Shown: in pieces, positions 9,339 to 18,908 of the stretch
Numbering within the stretch: position 1 is the stretch's first letter
How the letters are laid out: the number at the start of each line of letters is the position of its first letter
DNA from: Alphaproteobacteria bacterium
GTDB lineage: Bacteria > Pseudomonadota > Alphaproteobacteria > SP197
Length of the DNA stretch: 64,000 bases
NCBI GenBank assembly: GCA_965228895.1
Contig: OZ245842.1
Coordinates: forward strand, 1,728,001 to 1,792,000
Direction of reading: 5' to 3'
Position numbers and translations under genes: made by a program
The notes under the pieces: generated by a model
Seen by the model: the letters and a program-made list of their open reading frames with translations, nothing else
Told to the model about the DNA's origin: nothing
Database searches by the model: none

Positions 9339-10154
9339 CTAGTACCCTTTGAACACGGGCTTGCGTTTTTCGGCAAAGCTACGCGGGCCTTCCTTGGCAT
9401 CCTCGGAGTGCAGCATTTTCTTGTAGAGTGGCAGGGCCTCGTCGTGCAGCACCTTGAAACACTCGGGGATCGAGTGGTGCATGGCGTAGCGGACGATTTC
9501 CTTGGTCGCCATCAGCGCCAAGGGGCCGGCTTCAGCCAGGTGGTCGGCCTGCTCGCGGGCGCGGTCCATGAGTTTCTCGGGCTCGACGATCTCGTTCACA
9601 AGGCCCCACTTCAAGGCCTCCTCCGCGCCCATGCGCCGGCCGGCCATCATGATGTCCATGGCGACGACAAAGGGCAGGCGGCGCGGAATGATCTGCACCG
9701 CGCCGGCATCGGCGATGAATCCCATATGGGCATCGGGAATGAAAAACTGGGCGTGCGGCACGGCATAGGCGAAGTCGCAGGAGAGCGCTATCTCCCAACC
9801 GCCGCCGACCGCGTAACCGTTGATCGCCGCGATGACGGGTTTGTAGAGATCGAACATCTCGGTGATGCCGGCAAAGCCGCCTTCCGGCTGATCGGCCCAG
9901 GCGTCGCGGTCCTTGCCTGCCGCGTCGGCGGCGTCGAACTCCGCGGCGCCTTCCTTCAAATCCCAGCCCGGCGAAAAGAACTTCTCGCCCGCGCCGGTGA
10001 CGATGCCGACCATCAGCTCGGAATCGTCGCGCAGCATCACGAAGGCGTCCGACAGCGCGTGGCTGACCTTGCGGCCGATGGCGTTGGCGGGCGGGTTGTC
10101 GATGGTGATTTCGAGAACCTTACCGCGCCGTTCGGTGTGGACGACGTCGCTCAT
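9339..10154 (-). CDS. enoyl-CoA hydratase/isomerase, CaiD (carnitinyl-CoA dehydratase)-like
   Basis: FFSPGWDLK, GGFAGITE, KPVIAAINGYAVGGG, EDAKEGPRSFAEKRKP. Confidence 0.88.
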   Translation of the reverse strand: MSDVVHTERRGKVLEITIDNPPANAIGRKVSHALSDAFVMLRDDSELMVGIVTGAGEKFFSPGWDLKEGAAEFDAADAAGKDRDAWADQPEGGFAGITEMFDLYKPVIAAINGYAVGGGWEIALSCDFAYAVPHAQFFIPDAHMGFIADAGAVQIIPRRLPFVVAMDIMMAGRRMGAEEALKWGLVNEIVEPEKLMDRAREQADHLAEAGPLALMATKEIVRYAMHHSIPECFKVLHDEALPLYKKMLHSEDAKEGPRSFAEKRKPVFKGY

Positions 10155-12254
10155 TCAAGCCTCCTTGTCGTTGGTTTGGCGGATCAGGGCGTCGACCGCC
10201 AGGACACCTTCGCCCTCGGCCATGACAAATAGCGGGTTGACGTCGAGTTCGGCAAGCCGCCCCCGGTTGTCGTGGGCATAGCTGCCGATCGCCATGACGG
10301 CGCTGACCAGGGCATCGATATCGGCTCTCGGCGCGCCGCGGAATCCGTCCAGCAGCTTGGCGATCTTGAGCCTGGCGATCGCGCGGCGCACATCGTCGTC
10401 GCTGATCGGCAGAAGAAGACTGACGGCATCGCGGAACAGCTCGACCAGCACGCCGCCGGCGCCGATGACGAGTACCGGTCCGAAACTGTCGTTGTGGGTG
10501 ACACCGACAAGCACTTCGGCAATCGGCTTCGGCGCCATCGGCTCAATCAGCACCGCGGTGACGCCGAGGCGGTCCGCCATATCGTTGGCGGCACGTTGCA
10601 CGGCGTCCTTATCGTCCAGGCCAAGCACGACGCCACCGACATCAGTCTTATGCAGGATTGAGTCACTTAGCAGTTTGACGACGACCGGAAACCCAAGCGA
10701 TACGGCGACCTCGCCGGCCTCGGCTATCGGCGCCACACGGCCATCGGGTATGGGCAGGCCATAAGCGGCGAGTGCTTTCTTGCTTTCCGCCTCGTTCATC
10801 GCGACGGGTTCGCCAACCAACGCGCTGGCCGATGGGACGACAAGGCCATCGACGTCGCGACGCGCCATCAGCTCGCGGCGGCGTTCGCCGAACAGGCAGG
10901 TTTTCGCAAGCGCATGGACGCCCTCACGAATGCCCTGCAGGGCGGCGACGCCCGCGTTGTGGGCGATGGTGCGGGGGCGGGGGGTCGAGTTCTCCGGCAT
11001 GGATGTGGTCCAGGCCATGGGAATGCCCGTCTTCGCCTGGGTGTGGCAGAGCGCGCGCAGGACGGCATCCGAACCATCGACCTCTCCGGTGTCTTCCGGA
11101 TTGGTGTCCATCACCAACAGTCCGGCGTCGACGTTGTCGTCGACCAGAACCGGGAAAATCCTGCTCAGCGTGTCGTAGTCGCCCCAGAAATTGGTGTTGT
11201 AGTCGAGCGGGTTGGTGATGTTGGCGAAATCAGGCATCACCTTGCGCAGGCTGTCGTACTGGCCTTGATCCGGTTGCGGCAGCTCGATGCCGAACGGTTC
11301 GGCGAGGTCGGCGACCGTCTCCGAATCGCCGCCTGAGCACGTGTAGACAACGATGCGGCGACCTTCCGGAACCCCGGTGTGGGTGATGAACTTGGCGGTC
11401 TCCAGCATGTCGGCGGGCGCCTCGACCCGAATGATGCCGAGGCGGTCAAACAACGCCTGATACATCGCGTCGTCACCGGCCAACGACGCCGTGTGCGTCA
11501 ACGCAAGCTTCTTGCCCATGGCCGACACGCCTGCTTTGTGCGCGATAATCGGCTTGCCGGCTTCCAGAGCGCGGGCGGCAATGCGGCTGAACCGCGCAAT
11601 GTCGGGGATGGTCTCGATAAAGAGCGTGAAGCACGTGATCGCGGGATCATCGACCAGCACATCCAAATAGTCGGAGATATCCAACACCGACTGATTGCCA
11701 CAGGAGATGACATAGGCGAGCGGCGCCGAACGTTGGTTGTTGCAGACGTTGACACAGAGATTGCCGCTTTGCGCGATGAACGCCGAACCGCGCTCGACCC
11801 TTTCGCCAAGCGACGGGATTGCGAGCAACGGCACGCCGTGCAGAAAGTTGTTGATGCCATAGCAATTGGGGCCGACCAGCGCGAGGTCGCCGGCGTTGGC
11901 GACAAGTTCGGCTTCCAACTCAAAACCGACACCGCCGACTTCACGGTAGCCTGCGGCATAGCAGATAACGCCGCCGGCGTTCATGCCGTTGAGTTCGGTG
12001 ACGATGGAATTCGTCATCTCACGATTGACCGCGAGGAACGTGGCGTCCGGCGCGCCCGGCAGATCATCGACCGACTTGAAACAGGGTAGGCCGGCCAACT
12101 CGTCGAGCTTGGGATTGACGACCCAGACCTCGCCGTTGAAACCCATGCGCCGGTTGGCGTTGATCGTGTGCTCCAGGAAGGAGCCGCCGATGTAGCAGAC
12201 GGTGCGCGGGTTAAGCGTGCGCTGCAGGTTGTGCCGACGTGTCTCGCTCAGCAT
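10155..12254 (-). CDS. acyl-CoA synthetase (ADP-forming, acetate-CoA ligase family, fused alpha/beta)
   Basis: GPNCYG, AQSGN, SCGNQ, phospho-His THTASLAG, NPLD, ATP-grasp HKTDVGGV and ELDVNPL. Confidence 0.9.
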   Translation of the reverse strand: MLSETRRHNLQRTLNPRTVCYIGGSFLEHTINANRRMGFNGEVWVVNPKLDELAGLPCFKSVDDLPGAPDATFLAVNREMTNSIVTELNGMNAGGVICYAAGYREVGGVGFELEAELVANAGDLALVGPNCYGINNFLHGVPLLAIPSLGERVERGSAFIAQSGNLCVNVCNNQRSAPLAYVISCGNQSVLDISDYLDVLVDDPAITCFTLFIETIPDIARFSRIAARALEAGKPIIAHKAGVSAMGKKLALTHTASLAGDDAMYQALFDRLGIIRVEAPADMLETAKFITHTGVPEGRRIVVYTCSGGDSETVADLAEPFGIELPQPDQGQYDSLRKVMPDFANITNPLDYNTNFWGDYDTLSRIFPVLVDDNVDAGLLVMDTNPEDTGEVDGSDAVLRALCHTQAKTGIPMAWTTSMPENSTPRPRTIAHNAGVAALQGIREGVHALAKTCLFGERRRELMARRDVDGLVVPSASALVGEPVAMNEAESKKALAAYGLPIPDGRVAPIAEAGEVAVSLGFPVVVKLLSDSILHKTDVGGVVLGLDDKDAVQRAANDMADRLGVTAVLIEPMAPKPIAEVLVGVTHNDSFGPVLVIGAGGVLVELFRDAVSLLLPISDDDVRRAIARLKIAKLLDGFRGAPRADIDALVSAVMAIGSYAHDNRGRLAELDVNPLFVMAEGEGVLAVDALIRQTNDKEA

Positions 12255-12268
12255 GACGATACTCCGCC

Positions 12269-13114
12269 TTAGGGCTTCTTCGGTTTCATGGCGGCCCAGT
12301 CGTCGTCCGTCATGGCGCGCAGGAAGTTGAATTGCCCGGCGCCTTGCAACCACTCGCCGCCGTCGATCGTGATGACGTCACCGTTGATGTAGCCCGAACC
12401 GTCAGCCATCAAAAAGACCGCGAGGTCGGCGAGTTCCTGGTGTTCGCCGACACGCCCCAGCGGCACGCTTGATTCACTCAGACCGTCTGCCAGCGATCCG
12501 CTCTTGGGCATGAGTCGATCCCATGCGCCGGGTGTCGGAAACGGTCCGGGCGCGATGGCATTGAGGCGGATACCACGATTGCCCCATTCAACGGCCAGGC
12601 TGCGTGTCATGGCGAGCACGCCGGCCTTGGCCATGGCCGAGGGCACCACATAACCCGATCCCGTCCAGGCATAGGTCGTCACGATGTTGATGACCGTCGC
12701 AGGATCATCGGCCGCCAGCCACTTTTTGCCGCAGGCGAGTGTCACGTAACAGGTGCCGTGCAGCACGATGTTCAGCACCGCGTCGACCGCACGGTGTGAC
12801 AGGTCTTCGGTCTTGGAGATGAAGTTGCCGGCGGCGTTGTTGACCAACCCGTGCAGCGGGCCGTCCTGCCAGATCGCCTCGACCATCGCCGCCACCGCAT
12901 CGGCGTCGCGGATGTCCAGGCTGTGCGCGGTGACCTCAGCGCCGAGTTCGCTGGCGAACGTCTCGGCCGTTTCGTCCAGGACTTCCTGGCGACGCCCGCA
13001 GATGACAAGCTCCGCGCCAAGCTCGCAACAGCGCCGGCCCATCGCCTTGCCGAGGCCACTGCCACCGCCGGTGATCAGGATCTTTTTGCCTTTCAAGAGG
13101 TCGGGCTGGAACAT
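12269..13114 (-). CDS. SDR, 2,4-dienoyl-CoA reductase-like
   Basis: TGGGSGLG, NNAAGNF, PSAMAKAG, NAIAPGPF, TIDGGEWL. Confidence 0.88.
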   Translation of the reverse strand: MFQPDLLKGKKILITGGGSGLGKAMGRRCCELGAELVICGRRQEVLDETAETFASELGAEVTAHSLDIRDADAVAAMVEAIWQDGPLHGLVNNAAGNFISKTEDLSHRAVDAVLNIVLHGTCYVTLACGKKWLAADDPATVINIVTTYAWTGSGYVVPSAMAKAGVLAMTRSLAVEWGNRGIRLNAIAPGPFPTPGAWDRLMPKSGSLADGLSESSVPLGRVGEHQELADLAVFLMADGSGYINGDVITIDGGEWLQGAGQFNFLRAMTDDDWAAMKPKKP

Positions 13115-13171
13115 CGGCAGGATCTTCCCTTGGTGTGTTGTTGTTCGGCAGCAACGGAACGGATCGGCCGG

Positions 13172-13966
13172 TCAATGTCCTTTGAAGACCGGCTCACGTT
13201 TGGCGATGACGGCGGCCATCGCCTCTTTGGCGTCGTCGGTCTTTGCGCAGACGCCGCCGGCGCTCTTTTCTTCGGCAAGCTGGTCGGCGAGGCTTCGGGC
13301 CGACGCGCTATCGATGAGGGCCTTGGTCAGACGAATAGCGACGCTGGGGCCGCTGCCAAGTTTCTCGGCAAAGGCCATGGTTGCTGCTTCGAGCGCGTCG
13401 GGTTCGTGGACCTCGGTCAACATGCCGTTGTCGCGCGCCTGCTCGGCCGACCAGATATCGGCACTGAAGGCGAACCGTTTGGCGGCCTCCAGACCCATCA
13501 GGCGCGGCATGAACCAGGTTCCGCCGGCATCGGGGTTGTAGCCCATGGTCGTGAACGAACAGCGGAACCGTGCCGCCGACGAGGCAAAGCGAAAGTCGCA
13601 TGCAAGCGCCATATCCAGGCCAGCGCCAACCGCCGTGCCGTTGATCATGGCGATGGTGGGGGCGGGCAGGGCATAGAGCATGAGGATCGCCTGATGCATC
13701 TCGCCGACCCAGTCGTGGTCCTCGACAGGCTCGCCCCGGTCGCGGGCAGCCGCCATTTCTGACCATTCCTTCACGTCGGCACCGGCACAGAATCCTTTGC
13801 CACGGCCCGTCAAAACCAGACAGCGCACGGCATCGTCCTTGGCGGCGGTGAAGGCCGCCTGCAGGTCCTTAACAAGCGCGAAGTTAAGCGCGTTGCGGGC
13901 ATCCGGACGGTTCAGCGTCAGCACGCGCACGGCGCCGATATCGGCTTGTTCAAGACTGTCGCTCAC
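13172..13966 (-). CDS. enoyl-CoA hydratase/isomerase family protein
   Basis: LNRPDARNAL, FCAGADV, INGTAVGAG, ALACDFR; GTG start after GGGGAGG. Confidence 0.9.
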   Translation of the reverse strand: MSDSLEQADIGAVRVLTLNRPDARNALNFALVKDLQAAFTAAKDDAVRCLVLTGRGKGFCAGADVKEWSEMAAARDRGEPVEDHDWVGEMHQAILMLYALPAPTIAMINGTAVGAGLDMALACDFRFASSAARFRCSFTTMGYNPDAGGTWFMPRLMGLEAAKRFAFSADIWSAEQARDNGMLTEVHEPDALEAATMAFAEKLGSGPSVAIRLTKALIDSASARSLADQLAEEKSAGGVCAKTDDAKEAMAAVIAKREPVFKGH

Positions 13967-14099
13967 GGTCGTCCTCCCCGAACGCTTGGTTGGCGGGAGT
14001 CATAGCATCCGATCCCGTGTGCGGCGCAACATGAAACCGCAGCGAGTGGGTGGGGCCAGCACGATTTGACGGCAAGCGCGCCGCCGCTCACAGTCGCTG

Positions 14100-15167
14100 G
14101 TGATGTTGTGCTGTCCTCGCTTTGTTTGCGCCATCATCGCTGTCGCGTTCGCTGTCGGCGCCACGCCGGTGGCGAAGGCTAGTGACGAGGTCGTCATGGG
14201 CGCTGTCTTGACGCTGAGTGGCGACGGCGCCGAGATCGGGAACGATATCCTGGAGGGCCTCCAGCGTGCCGTTGATGCGCTGAATGGGATCGGCGGAATC
14301 GAGGTGGCCGGCACGTTTCGTCCGGTTCGGCTGGAGGTTTTCGATGATCAAGGCAGCGACCGGCGCGCCGCCGCCTTGGCACGCGTACTGGTCTTGCGGC
14401 GTGACGCGACGGTTGTCATCGCCGGCTCGCGTCCCTCGGCGGGATTGGCCATCGCGCCGGTTGGTGCCGAGTTCCGCCGGCCCATGATCGATATCATCGG
14501 TCTGCCCGCTAAGGCCGCAACCGACATGGTGCCCTACCACTTCTCGGTGCTGCCTTCGCTGGAGGACCGCTGGATGCCGGCGATCACGTTTGCGGTTCTT
14601 GTCCGGCGGCTGCAAGGCAGCGTCTCGGAAGACCTGTCCCTTGGCCTGATCGCCGACGACATGGTGCTGCGCGATGCGGCGCGGCAGGTTGCCGTAGGCT
14701 GGGGCCTTCGGACGACTGACGAGGCCGACCGCCAGAATGGCAGCGTGGTTTTGTTGCTCGACACGCCCGGAAGGTGGCAAGCGACAATGACGTTCGGCAG
14801 CGGCATCGTCATTGTGCCGGCTTGCCAGGATGCCATCCTGCTGCGCCAGACCCGTCCAACCGGCGCCATCCTATGCACGGGTTTATGGCGGAACGACATT
14901 GCGGCGTCGGCATCTGAGCCGGCGCTTGCCGCGGAGATCGCAATTCTTGCGGTAGCGCAGGCGATTGCGCGCGGGCGCACCGCGTTCGGGCCGGTACTGC
15001 GTGACGTCTTGATGTTGTTGAATGTCGAGACGCCGATCGGTCCCATCAGGTTTGGCGCCGATGGCCGTAATGCCGCTCTCGCTTCCCGGCTCTACGCCGT
15101 TGAGTCCAATGGTCTTCATGAACTTGATGCGGCTGATCCCAGCTCACTCTGGCGTTTGGATCCCTGA
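14100..15167 (+). CDS. divergent LivK-like (type I) periplasmic binding protein
   Basis: Signal peptide; N-terminal MGAVLTLSG...AVDALNGIGGI...DDQG and C-terminal ETPIGPIRFGADGRN typical of branched-chain amino acid binding proteins; middle part atypical. Confidence 0.6.
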   Translation: MMLCCPRFVCAIIAVAFAVGATPVAKASDEVVMGAVLTLSGDGAEIGNDILEGLQRAVDALNGIGGIEVAGTFRPVRLEVFDDQGSDRRAAALARVLVLRRDATVVIAGSRPSAGLAIAPVGAEFRRPMIDIIGLPAKAATDMVPYHFSVLPSLEDRWMPAITFAVLVRRLQGSVSEDLSLGLIADDMVLRDAARQVAVGWGLRTTDEADRQNGSVVLLLDTPGRWQATMTFGSGIVIVPACQDAILLRQTRPTGAILCTGLWRNDIAASASEPALAAEIAILAVAQAIARGRTAFGPVLRDVLMLLNVETPIGPIRFGADGRNAALASRLYAVESNGLHELDAADPSSLWRLDP

Positions 15168-15384
15168 AGCCCGGACCGACTGCGGTTGTCCTCGTCTTCT
15201 ACCATCGCGATCTGTTCCTGTGCCGGGATCCGTGCTTTAACTTTCCAATACGTTGGGGGTGCTTGGGGGCATTTGACGTGTGGCATCTGTGTTGTCGCGC
15301 TGGCTGTCGTTGTTGGAGAGCCGGTGCCCGGGTTGCCGCCCTCGATTGAGCAGGTATTGGGTTGATTGAGCGGGGACGTGGACA

Positions 15385-16536
15385 TTGAGCGATAAACCGA
15401 CAGCGGAAGACGCAAACAACGGTTCGACCGCACAGCCTGTGGCGGCGTCTGAGGATGCATCCGATACAACGACCCCGAAGAGCAGAGGGCGCAAGATCGC
15501 GCTCTACCTGTTGGGTGCCGCCGTCGTTCTGTTCATCTATTTCATCTTTGCCGATCGGCTGACGCCTTACTCACCCTATGGCTATGTCCGCACCTATCTC
15601 GTCGAGATCGGTCCTGAGGTCAGCGGTACCGTCTCCGACGTTGCGGTCGACGACAACATGCGCGTTGAGGAAGACGCAGTCTTGTTCCGCCTGGATCGCC
15701 GTGAGTTTGAAATCGCGGTCGATGCGGCCGAAGCGCAATTGGGGCAGGCCGGCCAATCGATCGGTGCCAACACGGCAGGCGTAAGCGCCGCCCAGGCGGG
15801 TGTGACCGAGGCAAAGGCCAACCTGGCCAACGTGCAGGAACAGGCTGCCCGCGTCCTGACACTGGTTCAGCAGGGCGTCTACGCGCAGGCGCGCGCCGAT
15901 ACCGCCAATGCCGAGTTGGAGACCGCGGAAGCCCAAGTCCGCGAGGCCGAGGCCAATCTGCAACAGGCGCAGGAAGCGCTGGGGCCGACCGGGGAAGATA
16001 ATCCGCTGCTGTTGGCGGCCTTGGCGGATCTAGACCTGGCCCGGCTCAACCTGTTGCGCACGACGGTTCGCGCGCCGTCGGACGGTGTCGTGACCGGCCT
16101 GCAGCTGGCGCCCGGTCAGCAGGCGCGCGCCGGTGAAGCCGTCATGGCATTCCTTGATGTCGAGGACGTTTGGATCGTTTCGTACCTGACGGAAAACAAC
16201 CTGGGTCTGATCAGGAAGGGTGATCGTGTCGAGATCGCGCTCGATGTGCTGCCGGGCCGAATCTACGAGGGCACCGTGCAGTCGACTGGACTTGGCGTCG
16301 CCATGGACGATACGACGTCCGGCGGTAATCTGCCATCCGGTCTACCCGGCCGGTCCGTTACCGGCAGCGATCTTCGGTTTCCGGCACGCATCACGCTTAA
16401 CGATACGCCCTATCCAGAGGGCATTCGTTTCGGCGCACGCGCCAGCGTCATCGTCTACCCGACCGATAACGGTCTGATGAACATGCTGGGTTGGATCAGG
16501 ATCCGGCTCTCCAGCTTGTGGAACTATGTCAACTAG
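15385..16536 (+). CDS. HlyD-family membrane fusion protein
   Basis: Single N-terminal TM, IGPEVSGTV lipoyl-like half, Ala/Gln coiled coil, TVRAPSDGVV; TTG start is uncertain. Confidence 0.9.
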   Translation: MSDKPTAEDANNGSTAQPVAASEDASDTTTPKSRGRKIALYLLGAAVVLFIYFIFADRLTPYSPYGYVRTYLVEIGPEVSGTVSDVAVDDNMRVEEDAVLFRLDRREFEIAVDAAEAQLGQAGQSIGANTAGVSAAQAGVTEAKANLANVQEQAARVLTLVQQGVYAQARADTANAELETAEAQVREAEANLQQAQEALGPTGEDNPLLLAALADLDLARLNLLRTTVRAPSDGVVTGLQLAPGQQARAGEAVMAFLDVEDVWIVSYLTENNLGLIRKGDRVEIALDVLPGRIYEGTVQSTGLGVAMDDTTSGGNLPSGLPGRSVTGSDLRFPARITLNDTPYPEGIRFGARASVIVYPTDNGLMNMLGWIRIRLSSLWNYVN

Positions 16537-17536
16537 GACGGCTTCCGGCGCTCTCAGCAATCCGCTGGAAGGCCACGGCCTTCGCCTGATGATCGCGGTC
16601 GTCCTGGCGATGCTTGCCGGGGTGATTCACGGCGACTTCCTGGTCGTTTTCATGGCGCCGGTCTTCGTCACCATGTTTGCCGCGCCGGATGGACCGGCGC
16701 CGACGCTGACTAAGGCCGCCGCGATTGCCTTGCTGGTATGGGTCACCGGATTGGCGACGGGCGGCATCGGCGATTTCTTCTCCAACCATCAGTCGGTCCT
16801 CATCCTGTTTTTTGCCACGGGCATCTTCGCCTGTTTCCTGCGTGATGCGTTGGTTGGGCCGAGACCAGCCATTGGCCTGATACTTGTCGTTATGGTGATC
16901 GCCGGAACGATGAGCGCGAACTTCGCGCCGTTGGCCAAAGATGTCATCAACGCCTTGCCGGTCGCCGTGCTGTTTTCGATGGGTGCGATCATGTTCGCCC
17001 ATGCGATCGTGCCGTCGACCGCGGACGTTACGGGTGTTGAGCCTGCCGGTGAGGCCGCAGAGGCTCCGGTGCGCGACGCGCTCATGCGCACGGCCATCCT
17101 GTTGCCGCTGATTATCTGGTTCCTGGCGACCGGCAAGGTCGGCAGTTTCTACATCCTGATCGTTGCCATATCAGTCTTGCGTGTGCCCAAGCCTGAAACC
17201 GTTGGCCTCGCATTGGTGGCCGCCAACTTTCTGGGCGGTGCCATTGCCCTGATCGCGGCAACGATGATCTTCATTACGCCGTCGCCGTTGTTCGGTGTGA
17301 TCGTCCTTGCGCTGATGGCGCTGGGCCTGGGTCTCATGGTCGAGCAGGGCGGCGTACGCGGTAAGCTTGCCAACGCCGCGGCCGGACCGGCGATGATCAT
17401 GCTGATGTTGGCGCTGTCGGTGCTCGACGGTAGCGATGTCTACATCAGCCGCGTCCTCGAAATCGCAGCCTCGGTCCTCTACGTGATTCTGGCCATGGCG
17501 CTTTTAAGCTCCGCCGTCCGAAAACCGGTGACCTAG
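16526..17536 (+). CDS. multi-pass membrane protein, DUF2955/FUSC-like efflux partner
   Basis: About 10 hydrophobic helices, APVF and ANFLGG motifs; overlaps the HlyD stop. Confidence 0.7.
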   Translation: MSTRTASGALSNPLEGHGLRLMIAVVLAMLAGVIHGDFLVVFMAPVFVTMFAAPDGPAPTLTKAAAIALLVWVTGLATGGIGDFFSNHQSVLILFFATGIFACFLRDALVGPRPAIGLILVVMVIAGTMSANFAPLAKDVINALPVAVLFSMGAIMFAHAIVPSTADVTGVEPAGEAAEAPVRDALMRTAILLPLIIWFLATGKVGSFYILIVAISVLRVPKPETVGLALVAANFLGGAIALIAATMIFITPSPLFGVIVLALMALGLGLMVEQGGVRGKLANAAAGPAMIMLMLALSVLDGSDVYISRVLEIAASVLYVILAMALLSSAVRKPVT

Positions 17537-17540
17537 CGCA

Positions 17541-18278
17541 TCAGCGCAACGTAACGAGGCGTACGGGTCCACCCACTTCCAGTCCCAAGCGTTCCGCGGC
17601 GCTACCGCGATTGACGGCAATCTCGGCCAGACCGTTGGCGTTCTCGTACCACGTGGCGTCGCCGACCGGGACATCGCCGAAGGTACGGCTGCGTTCCAGG
17701 TGCTGGCCGTTGATTTCGAGTGCCGTTCCTGCCGGCAGCGACTCAGCGCGCATGCCGGTCATGGCGTTACCATAGCGGTCGATATAGACGATCTCCGGCA
17801 GGTCATCGGGCCAATCGTGGTGCAGACGGTGTTCCGGATCGACCGGTTCGCCCGGTGGATGGTCACCGCGCGCCAAGGCGGCGGCGACGGGTGCAAAGAG
17901 GTCGCGGCCATGAAACGTCGCTGACATTGACCTAGGCTGATGGGTGATGTCCCACATCCGGCAATCGTCATTGCGTTGCATGACGACGTTGAAGAGCCCG
18001 TTGTCGGGTCCGACGAACCAGCGTCCGCCGGCCCTGACGATGACCGGCCGCCGCCATGCCGTCCCCACGCCCGGATCGACGACCGCAAGAAAGATCGAGT
18101 CGTGCGGAAAGGCGTCTGTGTAGGCCGCCAAGAGGTAGGACGAGGCACGCGGCGCGAAAACCGGGGCATCGGAAAAGAGGTCGAAGACGGGTGTGTCCGG
18201 GACGTCACGCCACAGCGCGGCCTTCACTTGACCGATATAGGGGCCTTCCAAGCCGAAATCTGTGAACAGCAGGATCAT
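17541..18278 (-). CDS. SAM hydrolase (DUF62, SAM-dependent halogenase family)
   Basis: FTDFG, VVDPGVG, GPDNG, SATFHGRD, IDRYGN, EIAVNRGSAA. Confidence 0.9.
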   Translation of the reverse strand: MILLFTDFGLEGPYIGQVKAALWRDVPDTPVFDLFSDAPVFAPRASSYLLAAYTDAFPHDSIFLAVVDPGVGTAWRRPVIVRAGGRWFVGPDNGLFNVVMQRNDDCRMWDITHQPRSMSATFHGRDLFAPVAAALARGDHPPGEPVDPEHRLHHDWPDDLPEIVYIDRYGNAMTGMRAESLPAGTALEINGQHLERSRTFGDVPVGDATWYENANGLAEIAVNRGSAAERLGLEVGGPVRLVTLR

Positions 18279-18451
18279 GAGGGTCCAGATCGTCGTGGCA
18301 CGGCAGTCTGCCGTGGGGTCATCGACAGGATAGGCCAAGTCGTGGCGGTCTTCACGGATTGCAATCCGATTGAGGTTTTGCCTTGGCGCCGACTTGGCGG
18401 AATACTGACACCGGACTCCTGGATACAACGGCTTGGCGTCGTTTCGCGGAC

Positions 18452-18823
18452 ATGCGGTTTATCGCTTCAATGCTGGCTCTGGTTGCCGTTCTGGTGGTGG
18501 TGGCCTTTTGGGGTCTGAAATCGATCGGCCTGATCGGCGAATCCTGTCCATCGCTGCAGTCCGACGGGTTCCAAATCATGATCGACAACAAACTGCTGTT
18601 CGCCCTGCGCGCCAACGTGCACGAGGCGACCACGAAGGAACTCAGAATTGGACCGGAGGAATGTATCGCGGTTGATGTCAACAAGGTCCGCATTGGCGTC
18701 GAGACCTGGGCGTTCGGCGAGACCGGCACGCCAAACTGTGTTGCCGAACTGCGTCCTGCCAACCGTCTGAGCATTTTCGAGCGGGGCGGGGTCGTCTATT
18801 GCGAGGTCGGCGAAGCCCACTGA
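18452..18823 (+). CDS. hypothetical exported or membrane-anchored protein
   Basis: N-terminal hydrophobic helix, four Cys, GC-ending codons; no family recognised. Confidence 0.65.
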   Translation: MRFIASMLALVAVLVVVAFWGLKSIGLIGESCPSLQSDGFQIMIDNKLLFALRANVHEATTKELRIGPEECIAVDVNKVRIGVETWAFGETGTPNCVAELRPANRLSIFERGGVVYCEVGEAH

Positions 18824-18826
18824 GTG

Positions 18827-18908
18827 CGCTCTTTATCCATGAGCGGAGCAGATTCACCTGTCTTGATGTCATCGCGAAGCGATTCCATCAAAACAGGATC
18901 TGCTCTAG
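18827..18908. repeat. RIME-like palindromic intergenic repeat, copy 1 (linker + right hairpin)
   Basis: GAGCAGATTCACCTGTCTTGATG-TC-ATCGCGAAGCGAT-TC-CATCAAAACAGGATCTGCTCTAG; closely similar to 52482-52545. Confidence 0.85.

Noticed and set aside
15168-15384. Possible small ORF or readthrough after the LivK-like gene
   Set aside because: The frame stays open briefly after the TGA, but there is no convincing start or RBS, codon use is atypical and no recoding signal is evident.
17541-18278. Possible SAM-dependent fluorinase or chlorinase
   Set aside because: It has TFHGRD and DPGVG...R (the Asp-Arg-His triad of DUF62 SAM hydrolases), not the TFY(S/G) of the halogenases, and no biosynthetic cluster is nearby.
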